The position numbers and the translations under genes were made by a program. The notes under the pieces were generated by a model that saw only the letters and a program-made list of their open reading frames with translations, had not been told where the DNA came from and searched no databases. From Octopus vulgaris (Eukaryota), in contig OX597825.1 of NCBI GenBank assembly GCA_951406725.2, forward strand, positions 86,614,001 through 86,678,000: 64,000 nt of DNA, given 5' to 3'. This document shows positions 25,401 to 38,500 of the stretch, in pieces (the first letter of the stretch is position 1; each line of letters opens with the position of its first letter).

Positions 25401-28400
25401 TGTGTAACTAAATTACCAATGAGCAGTTCTGGTCAGTTCTGTTGGTGTGGTCATGGTTCAAAGACATGAAACTGGACAATCAATCAAAGAATTATTCATT
25501 CAATGTTTTAACTGTGATCCTTATTGTGAAGATATCATCATAATATTGGGAATTTGAACCCATGGCTTGTATTTTACAGACCCAACATTTATTCATTGAG
25601 CAGTCAGTGGGAGTCTGTACTAAAGCTTGCACACTCTCCTCTTATAATTATTATATAAGAAATAAAAGAAAAACAAGTAAAAAAAAAAACCATTATTCCT
25701 CTTATTATTAGGCAAATAATTATCTAATTGCAAACTGTTTTGTTTGATGTAGAAACAAATTGGTCAACGAAATGCATGTTTTTAATCCTTTATTTTTGTG
25801 TGTTTTAGACTTCACTTGATTTTGGACCTTCTCTTATGGATGAAGTTATGAAGGCTCTTGAAGATAAAAAAGATGAAGATATTACACGTAGCTTGTCAAC
25901 TTCAAAAGATACTTCCCCTGTCGTTGAAGAGACAAAGGTAACCCCTGTTGAAACTACGGCTGATGAAGAGGAAGAAAGCACAACGCTCTCGCCCAAAGAT
26001 ACAAGTCCTCTTATTCCTCCTCATGTTCCTGTAAGTCAACCTTCTTTTAAGGAACTACATTTCAGAAATTAGTTTCTCTCCTCTCTTATATCTTCAAGAA
26101 TTAACATGGTGCTTATTAAAGGTTTAGGATAGCTGCAAAATAATGGCAAACTAACCCAGTTTCATAATTATGGTAAAAGCTTGTCTCCTACTCAATCTCT
26201 TTTTATATAGGAAAGGGCTGTACACGCATACACTCCCTTTCTCTAATCTTTTTCTCTCACACATGTGTTAAATTCTTAGATGTTAATCTTTAATGTAAAT
26301 ATAGTTAAATTAGTGTGAATGAACATATTTTATGCAGGGAGGGTAAGCAACTAACTGGAAATAATTAGAGTAAGGAGTAATTTTAGTCAGTGATTAATAT
26401 TTAAATTTTTCTGGCAAGTGTAGGGGTTTTGGTCTTATTCTGAGCTCATAAGAGAACCATAACTTGTTGTAGTGATAGAATTACTAAATAAATGGATAAG
26501 TTTGTGTTGTGTTGTAGGAATATATAGGATTATTGAGAGATTAGTCCGAGACACCAGCTGTTTGGAGAACAGTAAAATTTGTGTTAACACATTTAAAGTA
26601 TGCAACATAAAAAAAAAAGGCTAAAATGAGGGAGATCTAATTGAGTGACTTCATTATTGTACAGGTATTTCTATCTGCACTGGAACGTTTAAAGGTAAAG
26701 TTGTACACGGGTGTATTTGAGCTGTAAATATTGAGGTAGCCAAGTTAATTCTTTGATACTCCTAAATATCAATAGGGTAGTTGTATGGTGTTAAATGAAG
26801 GAAAGATTAATAATTTCCTTGCACCTGACACTATTGCAGGTAGCTTTCTTTGCAGAAACCGTCTCCTGCAAGTCAACAAGCTTCAGTGTTACTATTGTTG
26901 TTATTGTAGTTAAACGATGGTACTTAATTAGTGCTAATTAGCTGCTGAGGATTGTCTTTGTTAGAGAGATACAACTGTATTTCTGGTGGCAGACCTTTCT
27001 GGTATTCTATTGATTGAAACATTGTTTTTCTCAGTAACAAGAATATTTGTAGTGAGTCAGGTATAATCTTTTGAATTGTTCCCAGTACGTAACTAATAGA
27101 GTTACTTTATAAATGTTGAGGGGTGGGTGGGTGAAATCTCCTCTATTCTGTGGTGTAGAAGTTACTTTACCCTGCTGGATTTTGAACTCAGAATGTACAG
27201 GAATGTAACTGTTTTAAAGACATTCCATTGTCCTCTCATTGTTTCTAGCTTTCCAACAACTCATGTTCTGTGTAATATTATGGCCTTAACAACAACTGCA
27301 ATAATAATTATAATAATCCTTTCTACTATAGGCACAAGGCCTGCAATTTTGCGAGAAGGGCCTTGTCAATTACATCGACCCCAGTGATCAAATTATTTTA
27401 TTGATCCCGAAAGAATGAAAGGCAAAGTTGACCATGGTAGAATTTGAACTCAGAATGTAAAGCTGGAAAAAATGCTGTTAAGCTTTTTTTCAGTATGCTA
27501 ATAATAATAATAATCAGGTTAACAATTCTGAGGCAGCGGGAAAGTTGATTACATCAACCCAAGTGCTCAACTGGTAATTATTTTATCGGCCCTGAAAGGA
27601 TGAAAAGCAGAGTTGACCATGGCGGCATTTGAACTCAGAATGTAACGACAAACCAAATGCTGCTAAGTATTTGCCTGGTGTGCTAACGATTCTGCCAGTT
27701 CACTGCCCTAATAACAATAATAATAATAATAATAATAAATTTTTCTGTTTTTATTTTTCTGGCCATTTTCGGGCTGATGATGATGGACACACATACACCC
27801 ACTTTGGTTTTAGATCTGTCACATCTTTTGATGTTTAATCTTGGTGTATCATTCTACAACATGACCTCTTTATACTGTATAATACATATTTATGTTTGCT
27901 GTTAAAGACAAATTTTTAGTTGTTTCTGATTTCATTTTTCTGGCCATTTTTGGGTTGTCAAAAAAAAAAGAAAAAAACTTAATAAAAGAGAGTCAGTACA
28001 AATGCAACTGGTTGCATCGCTTCCAATTAGTTGTCTGCGATCATCAGATGCAGACGTGGTGCATGCTTTAGTTTAATAGTCTGACTTTCCTTCCAAGTTG
28101 CTGAAAACTTTGAGGAAGCCTTTTTACCTCAATGTGGCTGCAATTTATTCCAGTTAGATTTAATCGATCAATTCATATTTACAACAACATCATTGAATAT
28201 TGTTTCGTGTGAAATACTTTTTCCCCAACAGTTTTAACTAATTTGCTTCATGATCAGCTGGCTTTTGATTTCATTTTTGTGGTGAAGATGAACTTTCTAC
28301 TTTTCCATTTAATTATTTCCCTTCTTCTAATGTTTACATTCATTATTTGAATTCGTTTTATTGTTGGTATTATTATCTTAATCATCATCCTCATCATTGT

Positions 28401-30896
28401 CAAGATGGTAAGCTGGGAGAATTATTAGCACACCAGACAAAAGGCTTTGCAGCATTTTGTCTGCTTTTACGTTCTGAGTTCAAATTCCGCTGAGGTTGAC
28501 TTTACCTTTCATCCTTTCAGGGTCAGTGAAATACGTACCAGTTAAGGCCTGGGGTTGATGTTATTGACTGGTCCCCTTTCCTGGGGTCTCAAGAGGGTGT
28601 GCTGAGAGGATTGTTAACATGTTAAAATACTTAGCAGCTTTCTTTGAACTCTTTATGTTCTGAGTTCAAATCACCCCCTGAGGTTAACTTTCTTTCATCT
28701 TTTCAAGGTCAATAAAATACAGCATCAGTCAAATATTGGGATCGATGTAATCGCCTTGCCCCCTTCACCTCAATTTGATTGCTTTGTGCTAAAATTAGAA
28801 TCATCATCATCATCCAGGTGGTGAAGTGGTAGAATCATTAGAGCATCAGGCAAAATGCTTTGGGATATTTCTTCCTCACTCTTTACATTCTGAGTTCAGT
28901 TCCTGACGGGGATCTTTTAATCCCTCTAGGATTGAATAATTTCACTAATTGTCTTTCATCCTTTCAGGGTTGATAAGATAAATACCAGTTGAGCAATGGG
29001 GGTGGGGTGGGGGTCAATGTCTTTGACTAGCTCTTCTCTCCAAAATTGCTGGTCTTGTACCAATGATTGAAACTGTTGTTGTTGTGGTTACTACTAATAC
29101 AATAATTATGAGACCAGTTTGGAATTGTTGCTTTTCTAATAAATAATTATCAATAAATTTAGCAACTTTAACCAAAACTAGTCATGAAAATATTCAATAA
29201 CTGTGCCTGCAAATTTAACAGCTTTTAGTGATTTCTATTGATTCAAAAATCCTTCAGTTCCTGTCAATATTTCATAAAATACCTAAAATATTCCTTACTG
29301 ACTTATTTTTCTTTCTAAAATTTACAAATGATTTGACTAAGTAAATGATATATACACCCACACCCACACACACATTATCATCATTTAATGCTTGCTACCC
29401 CAATATATATATAGGGGTATATATACATAGAGAAAACTTTAGGTAAACTGATTAGCTAAGTAAGTGATATACAGTGGAAGATGAATGATGCAGAGATGAA
29501 CTGATGGAGCAGCTGTTAGCAATTTCGTTTTTTACAACTTATTCTGTTATTTCACATGTAATGCGAGAGCAACAGGTGAGGCCAGAATAATTAATTTAAA
29601 TAGCACAATGGTTTCCCATCTGTACAATGCACCAGAATGCTTCGGTTAAAGTTGGCATCTTGGTGCTGTCTGTAAATAGTTTAAGCTACGTTCATCGTCA
29701 CTTGAGATTTAATATTAAGGGTCAACGTGGACAAAAATTAAGTCCAGACTAAGAATTAAGCCAAACTAAGTATATATAAATGGCTCATAATTGGAATAGC
29801 TCATAATTGGAATTTCTGAGATGGCAAATTATTACTATTGTTATTACCCATTACTATATTCGTAGATGAATTCATCTACGAAGCAATTGCCCCAGGTCCC
29901 CTTCAGGGTTGGCGAAAGCGATGTGGTGGACAACGAAAAACCTGGCTGATGACAGTCAAGGCTGATCTGGAACCCAACCTAGGCTCCCATATCTACGGCA
30001 TTCGTCGCTGGAATAAGGAGTGGTTGAAGATCACGCTGTCATTAGCCTCAAATCGCCAGGTCTGGTCGGCATTTGTGAGAGATGCAGCATTGAGGATGGA
30101 TGAAGCCAGCTCAACCCACCCCGGGTGAATGCTGTCTCAAGTCAAGTCATTACTATATTCAGATTAGTGTCATCCTATCTTGGTTGTTGAAGCTATTGAA
30201 CCTTCTGGCTATTCTGATGCACTGATAAATCTTGCTCTCTTTCCTTCACTGATTCCACCAGAAATAGTTTTGCATTCTTAAATATTTTGTTAAATGAATT
30301 TTTTAATGGCTATTGTTAGAAATTAATTCAAGCAAAGGGATTTGGTACTGACATAGAAAATGCAGCATTGAAATATTTTGTGCTTCTCTTTTGCAGGTGT
30401 ATCTATCTATGTGTGTGTGTGTGTTTTAGTCATTTGTTAAACCTTTTCTGATTTTACTATTTTGTACCATTTTGATCCTTTTGCTGAAATACATTAAAGT
30501 TCCTTTTTTTTTTCCCCCTTTTAATAAAGTTCATATTTTGTTATTTAATTATTTAATTAGTTTGGATGTCATTCCATTCATACTACATGATGTTAGAATG
30601 TACTCAAAGAACTAAATGGCAATCTCCACTTGGAGAAGGTTCTCCTGTTTTCATTACATTTGAAAGAAGTAACATTCATTTACATGTTTAATCTACAAAA
30701 TCAGTTTCCTGAATTTGGTGTTAGAAATTTCACCGTGAACATTATTATTATTTCAGAGGTGTAACTTGCCAGGCAAGTGATTTCATCTGAGAAAGTTTGT
30801 TGGAACTAAATTGATTGCAGTGTGGAACACATATATTAACCATTCCAAAATACTCATGCTCTTAACTTCATCTAACCATTTATTGTTTGTTTTATT

Positions 30897-30932
<36 letters not shown>

Positions 30933-31143
30933 GCAGCAAGCTGGCAGAAGCGTTAGCGCGTTGGACAAAATGCTTAGCAACATTTCTTTTGGCCCTTCAT
31001 GGTTCTAAGTTCAAATGTCACTGACGTTCACTTTGCCTTTCATCCTTTCGGAGTTGATAAAATAAGCACCAGTTGAGCACAGGGAGTGACATGACTGGCT
31101 TGCCCCTCCCCTCAAATTTGCTGGCAATGTGCCAAAATTAGAA

Positions 31144-31194
<51 letters not shown>

Positions 31195-34100
31195 TTACTG
31201 GTTTATATTATTGCCAATAATCATTCACTGCTTGCATAGAAATGAGACTTGAAGTTCTATGTCTCAAAATTTTGGCAAATGCTAGCTTTTTGGCTTGGAC
31301 AAAGATTAACACACCTCATTAATGGGTCAATCTTTCTAATCCACATTCTTTAATCTTCATTTTTCTTCACCTAATTGTTTTTTTACCTATTAATCTTCTT
31401 AAACATCTCAATTTTACCTTTTCTTTCTTTTGGCATAATTTCTTGTAAATTTCTTTCCTCTTCAGCATGTCTTCAATATCCCTTCTCACCTTACAATTCC
31501 ATTTCAGTTGTCGAAAACAATAGAATAGTCTTGGATTTCTTAAAAATTAAGATGACATAAAAAAATGTAAAAAAGTAAAACCAGAGAATTGAAGTCTTAC
31601 AATAAGGACAGTGCTTCACCATTGCCTTTGCCATGCTGGTTAAACTAAAGAACCAAATATTCTCTGTGAACTCAAATTGAAATTCACTTCTATTTGCAAA
31701 ATCATTCCTACCAATTCCTTCACACAATTTTGCTGTGAATTGACAAACAAATCTAGAAAAATTGATTTGTTTTAATTATTTAAATTTAATTTCTTTTATT
31801 AAAGAAAGCTTCTCTAATATTTTTCACATTTAAAAGTTGGGTAAAAATAAAAGGAAAATCAATATTTTGGAATGAGAAACCAATTGTCAAATTTATATTG
31901 ATGAGAATAATGGTTTGAATATCAATAGAGTGTGGGTATTGTTGTGGGATTATTGTGGGCTGATAAAACCCCCAAAAGTAGTGCTAGTGTTGTGTAGTAA
32001 GCATGTGTGTGTACCTTAGTATCCTTGTGTTTTCTATTTCAGGAAACTCCCCCCCGGGAGCCTAAATCTGAAGGAAAGAAGCAAGCAAAAGTCAAACCTA
32101 TGTCTGCTCATGATGAGAAAATGATTAACAATGCCATAGCTTTAGCAAACGAGTTTGCCATGCAGTGCAATAAAATGAACATGGACGATGACCAACTGAG
32201 TCCAAAATCTGAAACCAGTTCAGACTCTCCAAAGCTCATCCAAAAATTGAAGATATCTATGAAGCGGAGTCCTAAACAGGAGCGCAAAAAGACATTCACT
32301 GAAGAGATTGCAATGAAAGCCGACCTCGATGATGATCTTCCACCAGAGTCTCAAGAAGCTTACAATATACTTGTAATGAAAGGTGCAGGGAAAGAGAGCT
32401 CTCCCTCATCTCCAGCTGTAGAATCTCTCTCACAAGAACTAACTATTAATACTGAATTATCTCCAAACAAAGCAGAACCAGAATCCAGCTCATTTTCCTC
32501 TACTGCTACCCTTCCCACTGCTACAATTACAAGAAAAGACTCAGACATAAAGCCACTGAGCAAATCCCGGGCAGCTATGTCTAAAATTGAGCCACCACCT
32601 ATACCGAAACCACGTCCAGAACACAGAGTAGAGCCTACCCCTCGCATCGAGTCAATTACAAAGCCAGAAGTAACCAAACCGGAATTGCCTCCCAAACCAG
32701 ATATTGTTCCACAAATAGACCAACCAAAAGAAGCGCCGCCTCTTCCTGAAACTCCCCCTAGGACTGATCATTTGTCAAGAAGTGAACCGAAATTCGACTA
32801 CCCTATTAAAACTGAATCTTCCATCAAGTCAGAGTCTCAAAGTAAACCAGAGATTGCAGTTAAACCAGAGATTTTGCCCAAAACAGACTTACCGAAAATG
32901 GAAAGCAAAATTGAATATCCTCTGAAATCTGAGCACCCTTCCCGTATCCCCCACCCCAGCAAAATTCCCCCTCCAACTAAGATTGAGTATTCTTTTAGAA
33001 AAGAGTCTCCACCTAGATTAGAACGATCCGAATCTCAACAACGGTCGGAACCATTACCCAGAATGGATGTCCCTCCACCACCACCCCCTACTGCTATTCC
33101 TAAAGCAGAACCTGTTGTTGAGAGAGCACACAGTGTTGATAGAGAGAACGGACATCATTCTTTGAGTCTTGACTCGTTTTCCTTTAGTAAAGAGTCTTCT
33201 CCAGCATCCAGTTCTGAGAGATCTGTTGAGGATCGGGATTTGGAGACAGAATCAAGAGATAAGCTAGGTGGAGGTTATGATAGGAGATCTGATAGCCACT
33301 CAGAAAGATTTGGCATTTCATCACCTAAGATGAGTTTCGATGAAGAATTCGCAGAACCTTCACCAAGAGAAATTATGAGTAAGTTAGCTCGAGAGAGCCG
33401 AATTCGGCGTTCAATGGATCACCAACGAGCTATGTCCACTGAGAGTATGGATCACTCTCATATCCGGAATTTAAGGGAACCACAAGGAATTCCAACTAAA
33501 GTTGTTCCAACTGCAAATGGTGAAGATGAAGAAGTTGATACAAACCCTTTACGAATGCTGCGTGGCGGTGCCATTCCTATTCGAGGAGGGCGTGGACAAG
33601 GTATGAAACCCCCATCTCTTCCGTTGCCTAGGTTACAGTTTACTAGTCCAACTGTTGTTGTTACTTGTACTGCTACCTCTACTACTACTTCTACAACAAC
33701 AATTTCTCAGCATGCAGCCATCAGTTTGTCTCGGGGCTACAAAAGTGACATCATTGATTCAATGCCTCCTCATCTCGTGCCACGACGCACGCCTGTGGTT
33801 CCGCCCCGCACCTACAGCAGTTCTAGTGAAAGCATGCCTGCTCTAGATAAATGTTTCCCACCACAGTTGCCACCGCGTAAGCCGTTGAGGCCAGATGAGC
33901 TGCTCAACGCCAAGCCACGGGCCAGGAAGTACCCCCTATTGCGCCATAGCGACTCTTCTTACTCCAGAGTTTCCACTTCTGTATCCGTCCACTCTTCTGC
34001 CTCTTGCTCTGCTGCAACCACTGTGATGACCACTACTACCACTACCACCACCGCCACCACTACCTCTCCAGCCAAACCCCGGCCCCTCTTTATTAACTGT

Positions 34101-35547
34101 TTGCATGATATTCCTTCTCTCCCACCGGCTCCACCCCCGCCAATAGACTTTGATGAGAACGATGCTGATGATGATGACGACGACGACAATGTGTTTGTTC
34201 CTTGCCAAACGGACTACTGCCCCATGCCGACAACGGCCCCACCTCCTCCCCCTCCTCCTCCTCCACCATCGCCACATCCATTTCCAACGTCACCAGCATT
34301 GTCGTCATCAGCTTCACCAACACCACCAACCTCCCTATCTCCTCCCATTTCAACTCATTCCCTAGTCCCACCCCTTCATGACTCTTCTTCTAGAGAGGCG
34401 TCTAGCATGATTTCAGGACAGTCTGGGTGTTCCACTTTCCCACGTAGGAGGTACCGTTTACAAGTGGTACAGTATAATTTAGAACAGTTGGGATTCTATA
34501 ACCATCAAGACCCATTTTGGTGTAAAACTGGGAATGTTTCGAGGTGGAAATACTCTGATAATGAAAGTTCCGAAGATCTCTCCCCAATGTCTGCCAACTA
34601 CAAGACCTCCGACAGTGTCAGCTATGAAGATCTGCTCGAATTTGCTTTAGATAGGTAAACAAGAGAATCTTTGGTTTTGGAAGATTTTTTTTCTTTTAAT
34701 CAGTTTCTCACTTCTTCCAGTCTTTTCTAATTGTTAATGATTCTGTTAAAAACGACAACAAAAAAAAGCACAAGTTATAATTATTTTGTTATGCTTGTTA
34801 GGGAAAAGTATTAAAAAGTTCTTTGGTTCTCACATCTTTATGTTTCAATTTAAGAACAAGGTTTATATTAAAACACAAGTTTATTTAACGTTTCCATTGC
34901 TTTGGAGATCTTTAAACCTTTTGGGTTTAGTGATTTTTAACAGAGAAACTGAACGTAGAATTTCAAATTGTTTGCACACACACACTAGTTATGTTTGTGT
35001 ATGTATATATATGTGTGTGTGTGTGCACAGACACACACACATATTAACTAATATATGTATAGATATGTGTGTGTATGTATGTATATATATGTATGTGATA
35101 TATGTATATATCTACATATATCTATATATATGAGTAAATGTAATGATAAGCAAGTTAGGCAAGTCAGTATACAAAGAATATTTAATACATTTAAAAGAAA
35201 AAATGTATATTTGGTTAGATACAAAAAAGTCCAAGTTACACAGAATAGAAATGATATGATGAATTAAAGGGGTTAGAATTACAGAAAAGTGTTACAAATC
35301 CAATTTAATTCAACCCCTTTAATTCTTGATATCATTTCTGTTCTGTGTAAGTCAGACCTGTTTGTATCTGTAACCAAATATACATTTTTTTCTATTAACG
35401 GTATTCAATATTTTTTGTATATCAACTTTCCTGTCCCTGCATTTACTTCTCTACCCACTCAAGTTTAAATCTCTTGAGCACTACTGAGTGTATTCTATAC
35501 GGAGAATATCCGATTCTCGTCTATGAACTATTTATAGGTAAATATAC

Positions 35548-35588
<41 letters not shown>

Positions 35589-38500
35589 TGTGTGTGTAAC
35601 TGAGAAAAACTTAGTTAACTTTATGCAGCTTTGTATTTCCTTGATATGGAATTAATTACATACACACAGTTATCTGTATTTTAAGTAAATGCTGACAATT
35701 ATCTGTTGGTTAATTAACTCACACATACATGCACATTTAAATCATTTATGTCAGAAAATATCCAACAGGTGTGGTAGGATTTCATCAATATTTTCAGGAA
35801 CAATTCTTGGAATATTAATAGTTCCTTAATTTGTTTCCATTCAATATGGAACCTTTCTTGTTAATCACTTCCATGATTCAACGTAAAATGAAATATTTTT
35901 AACAAAAAAATTAATTTTAATTTGCAATAGAATAACTGATAAAACAAAAATTTGAAAAAATCCTCCCAAATTTTGTTTCTAATTCCTAGTTCAACATTGC
36001 ATTTCATTTTTCTTCCTTTTTCGATTCTTCAGATAGAAACCGAAATTGGTTCCTGAACTGATTTCAGTCATCATTAATATTATGTTTATTATTAACTATT
36101 TTATTTATTTATTTATTTTAAACTAAGAAAACGTCTGAACTAATTTCTCTCTGTTTTTATTAAGTTTTGATGAAATATTATTAGGCATTCTGCAGTTAGT
36201 GTCAATAGTTTTTATAGATTAATTATTGGATATTGTATATTCTTTTTTCTCTTGTTGATGTGTTGGTTGTTGATAGAATATTTAGATTCGTCTGGATGTT
36301 GTTGTTGGCTTTTGAATCTCCTGATGAAACTTTTAAATGTCGAATTAGAATTATCAATTCAGTTTGAAGTAAGAATATTTGAACATTTACTCCCATTGTT
36401 TCTTGGCGGCAGATTTTAGGGGATCTAGTTACCCTGCGTATTTTTGTTGTGTTCCCTACATTTACGATAGTCTCAGGTAGTTTTCCTGTTATAATCATAG
36501 TTGTGGGTAGTTTGACTTGATTGTGAAATTTCACCTTGTTGCACTTCCTGGCTTAAACACTTCTGCAATATAATAATAATATGCATAGTTAGTGCACATT
36601 GCCTGGTTAGGAATGCAGGTTTACTAGCTTAGATGGTACGTGGTGCTATGGACACCACAACCAGAAACAGTTATAAAGTGTCCACAGCATCCAATAACTA
36701 TTACAAAATGGTGTGTGTGTGTGTGATTGCTTTGGAGTTCCGTTTCCCATGCTTGGATTGGGCAGAGGAAATTTGGGGAAGCAGAATTTCCACAGCTGGA
36801 TGCACTTCCTCTCTCATCGACCGTCACCTGTTTCCAGGCAGTTTCCTGTTTCCCCTTGGCTGGACGCATTTAATAGGAGACTAGAAATGAAGGACCTTGC
36901 TTGTTTGACATTGTGATGCTCATCTACAACTACCATGCGATGTTAAGACAAGGAGTTTCACACAAAACAGACACACACACACACACACACACATTTATGT
37001 GTGTGTATATCTATCTGTGTGTGTGTGTGTGTGTGTGCACACAAACACTCACTCTACAAGACAGTGACATACTTTTCATAGAGATATTGTAGGATTATTG
37101 TAAGCACAGAGGGTTTGGAACTTCCACTGTTCACCGTTATATATTAGAAGCACATAACATAGTCTGATCTGTGTTCAATATAGAATATCTAACCCTGCAG
37201 TATGTATTGATTGTTGATCATACCATATTGTTAATATTGATTAACTGGTTATTTTGTATCACCAAGTTTTAGGAAGCTAAGCCTTTGTCAACTTTGTATT
37301 GAGGAAATATTGTACCTCCATTCATTTGAAGACATTCTTTGGATTGGAATGGCACCATAATAGATATACATGATAGCTCTTGATGACCCTTATTAGACCG
37401 ATCCATCGTCCTGGTGGTGGTGGTGGAGGTGGTAGTAACGGCAGAGTTGCAGAAATACAGGATGGTGGCTGGTGGCAGCTTCAGCGCAATTACACCCGAC
37501 AGTATATTGTTTTGGCCTTTCTTCTTCTTCTTCTTCTTCACCTCCTCTCATTCAAAACACCAAAATGCATGAATTCTAGTGAACACCCGCACACCTTGCA
37601 CGCATTCTCCTTGTTGTTCTCTGTCTTTGCATGATTCTTGGTTTTTGCATGAATTTTTGTTTTTCTTTTTTTTGATCTTCAGCTTTTTTTTTAAATTTGA
37701 TGAAAATAAGAGTTTTTTGTTGTTTTCTCTGTTGTTGTTGTTGTTGCTGTTGTTGTTTGTGGTATTGACCTGTCTTGTACTGATTGTCTTGGTTGTTCTT
37801 GTTTTGGTCAGTTCTTCTTCTTCTTCTTCTTCTTCTCCAAATCTAAAATTTCCTTCAGCATGTTGTTGTTGTCAAAGCCATGTCCTGCTGCATTTCATTT
37901 GCTTTGAGGTTAGTTGGCTTTCGTAAATGTATGTTTGGTTTGCAATGATATTGGTACATTTCTTGGATGCCAGCAGATTTTCTGTGAATACTTTAGATTT
38001 AGTTCCTTGATTTTCACTGTGAGATCTGGATTTTTTCTTTTCTGTGATAAATACTTTATAAAAAACAAAATCTACAAATGAAAACAAAACCTTTGCTGTT
38101 GTTGACTGAATTTAAACCAAAAAATCTATGAGAATAGTTTTTACTCCACTTCCCTCTGATTCCATGAAACCATGGAAATATCATTAAAGTACAATTTGAC
38201 TATGTGAAACTATTGACTCACAGTATTGGGTGGGGGGTGGGGGAGTTATCAGAATTCCCCCCCCCTTTTTTTTTTATAGGTTTCATTAGAAAATTACTAA
38301 ACCTTAAAATGGAGGTTTTCCTTTTCTGACTGGAAAGGAAGAGGTAGAAAAATTGCATAAATTCCTCCTTTTTATGAGCTGACTTAAGAATGGACTAAAA
38401 AATCCACTATATATATATATGTGTGTTTGTGTATATATTGGTTTGCCTGTTGGTTGGAGCATGGTATTCACTGTGTGTCTGTTGTCTCTTCCGTTCCTCG

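Noticed and set aside
32007-34658. 883-aa ORF as a stand-alone gene
   Set aside because: The first 12 codons are intronic (TG start, polypyrimidine tract, tttcag acceptor at 32042); it is an internal exon in phase with the flanking kinase exons.
35480-35530. Hammerhead in the tail of the 35.1-kb palindrome (CTGAGTG-TATTCT..AGAATA-TCCGATT)
   Set aside because: Neither the CUGANGA nor the GAAA box is intact.
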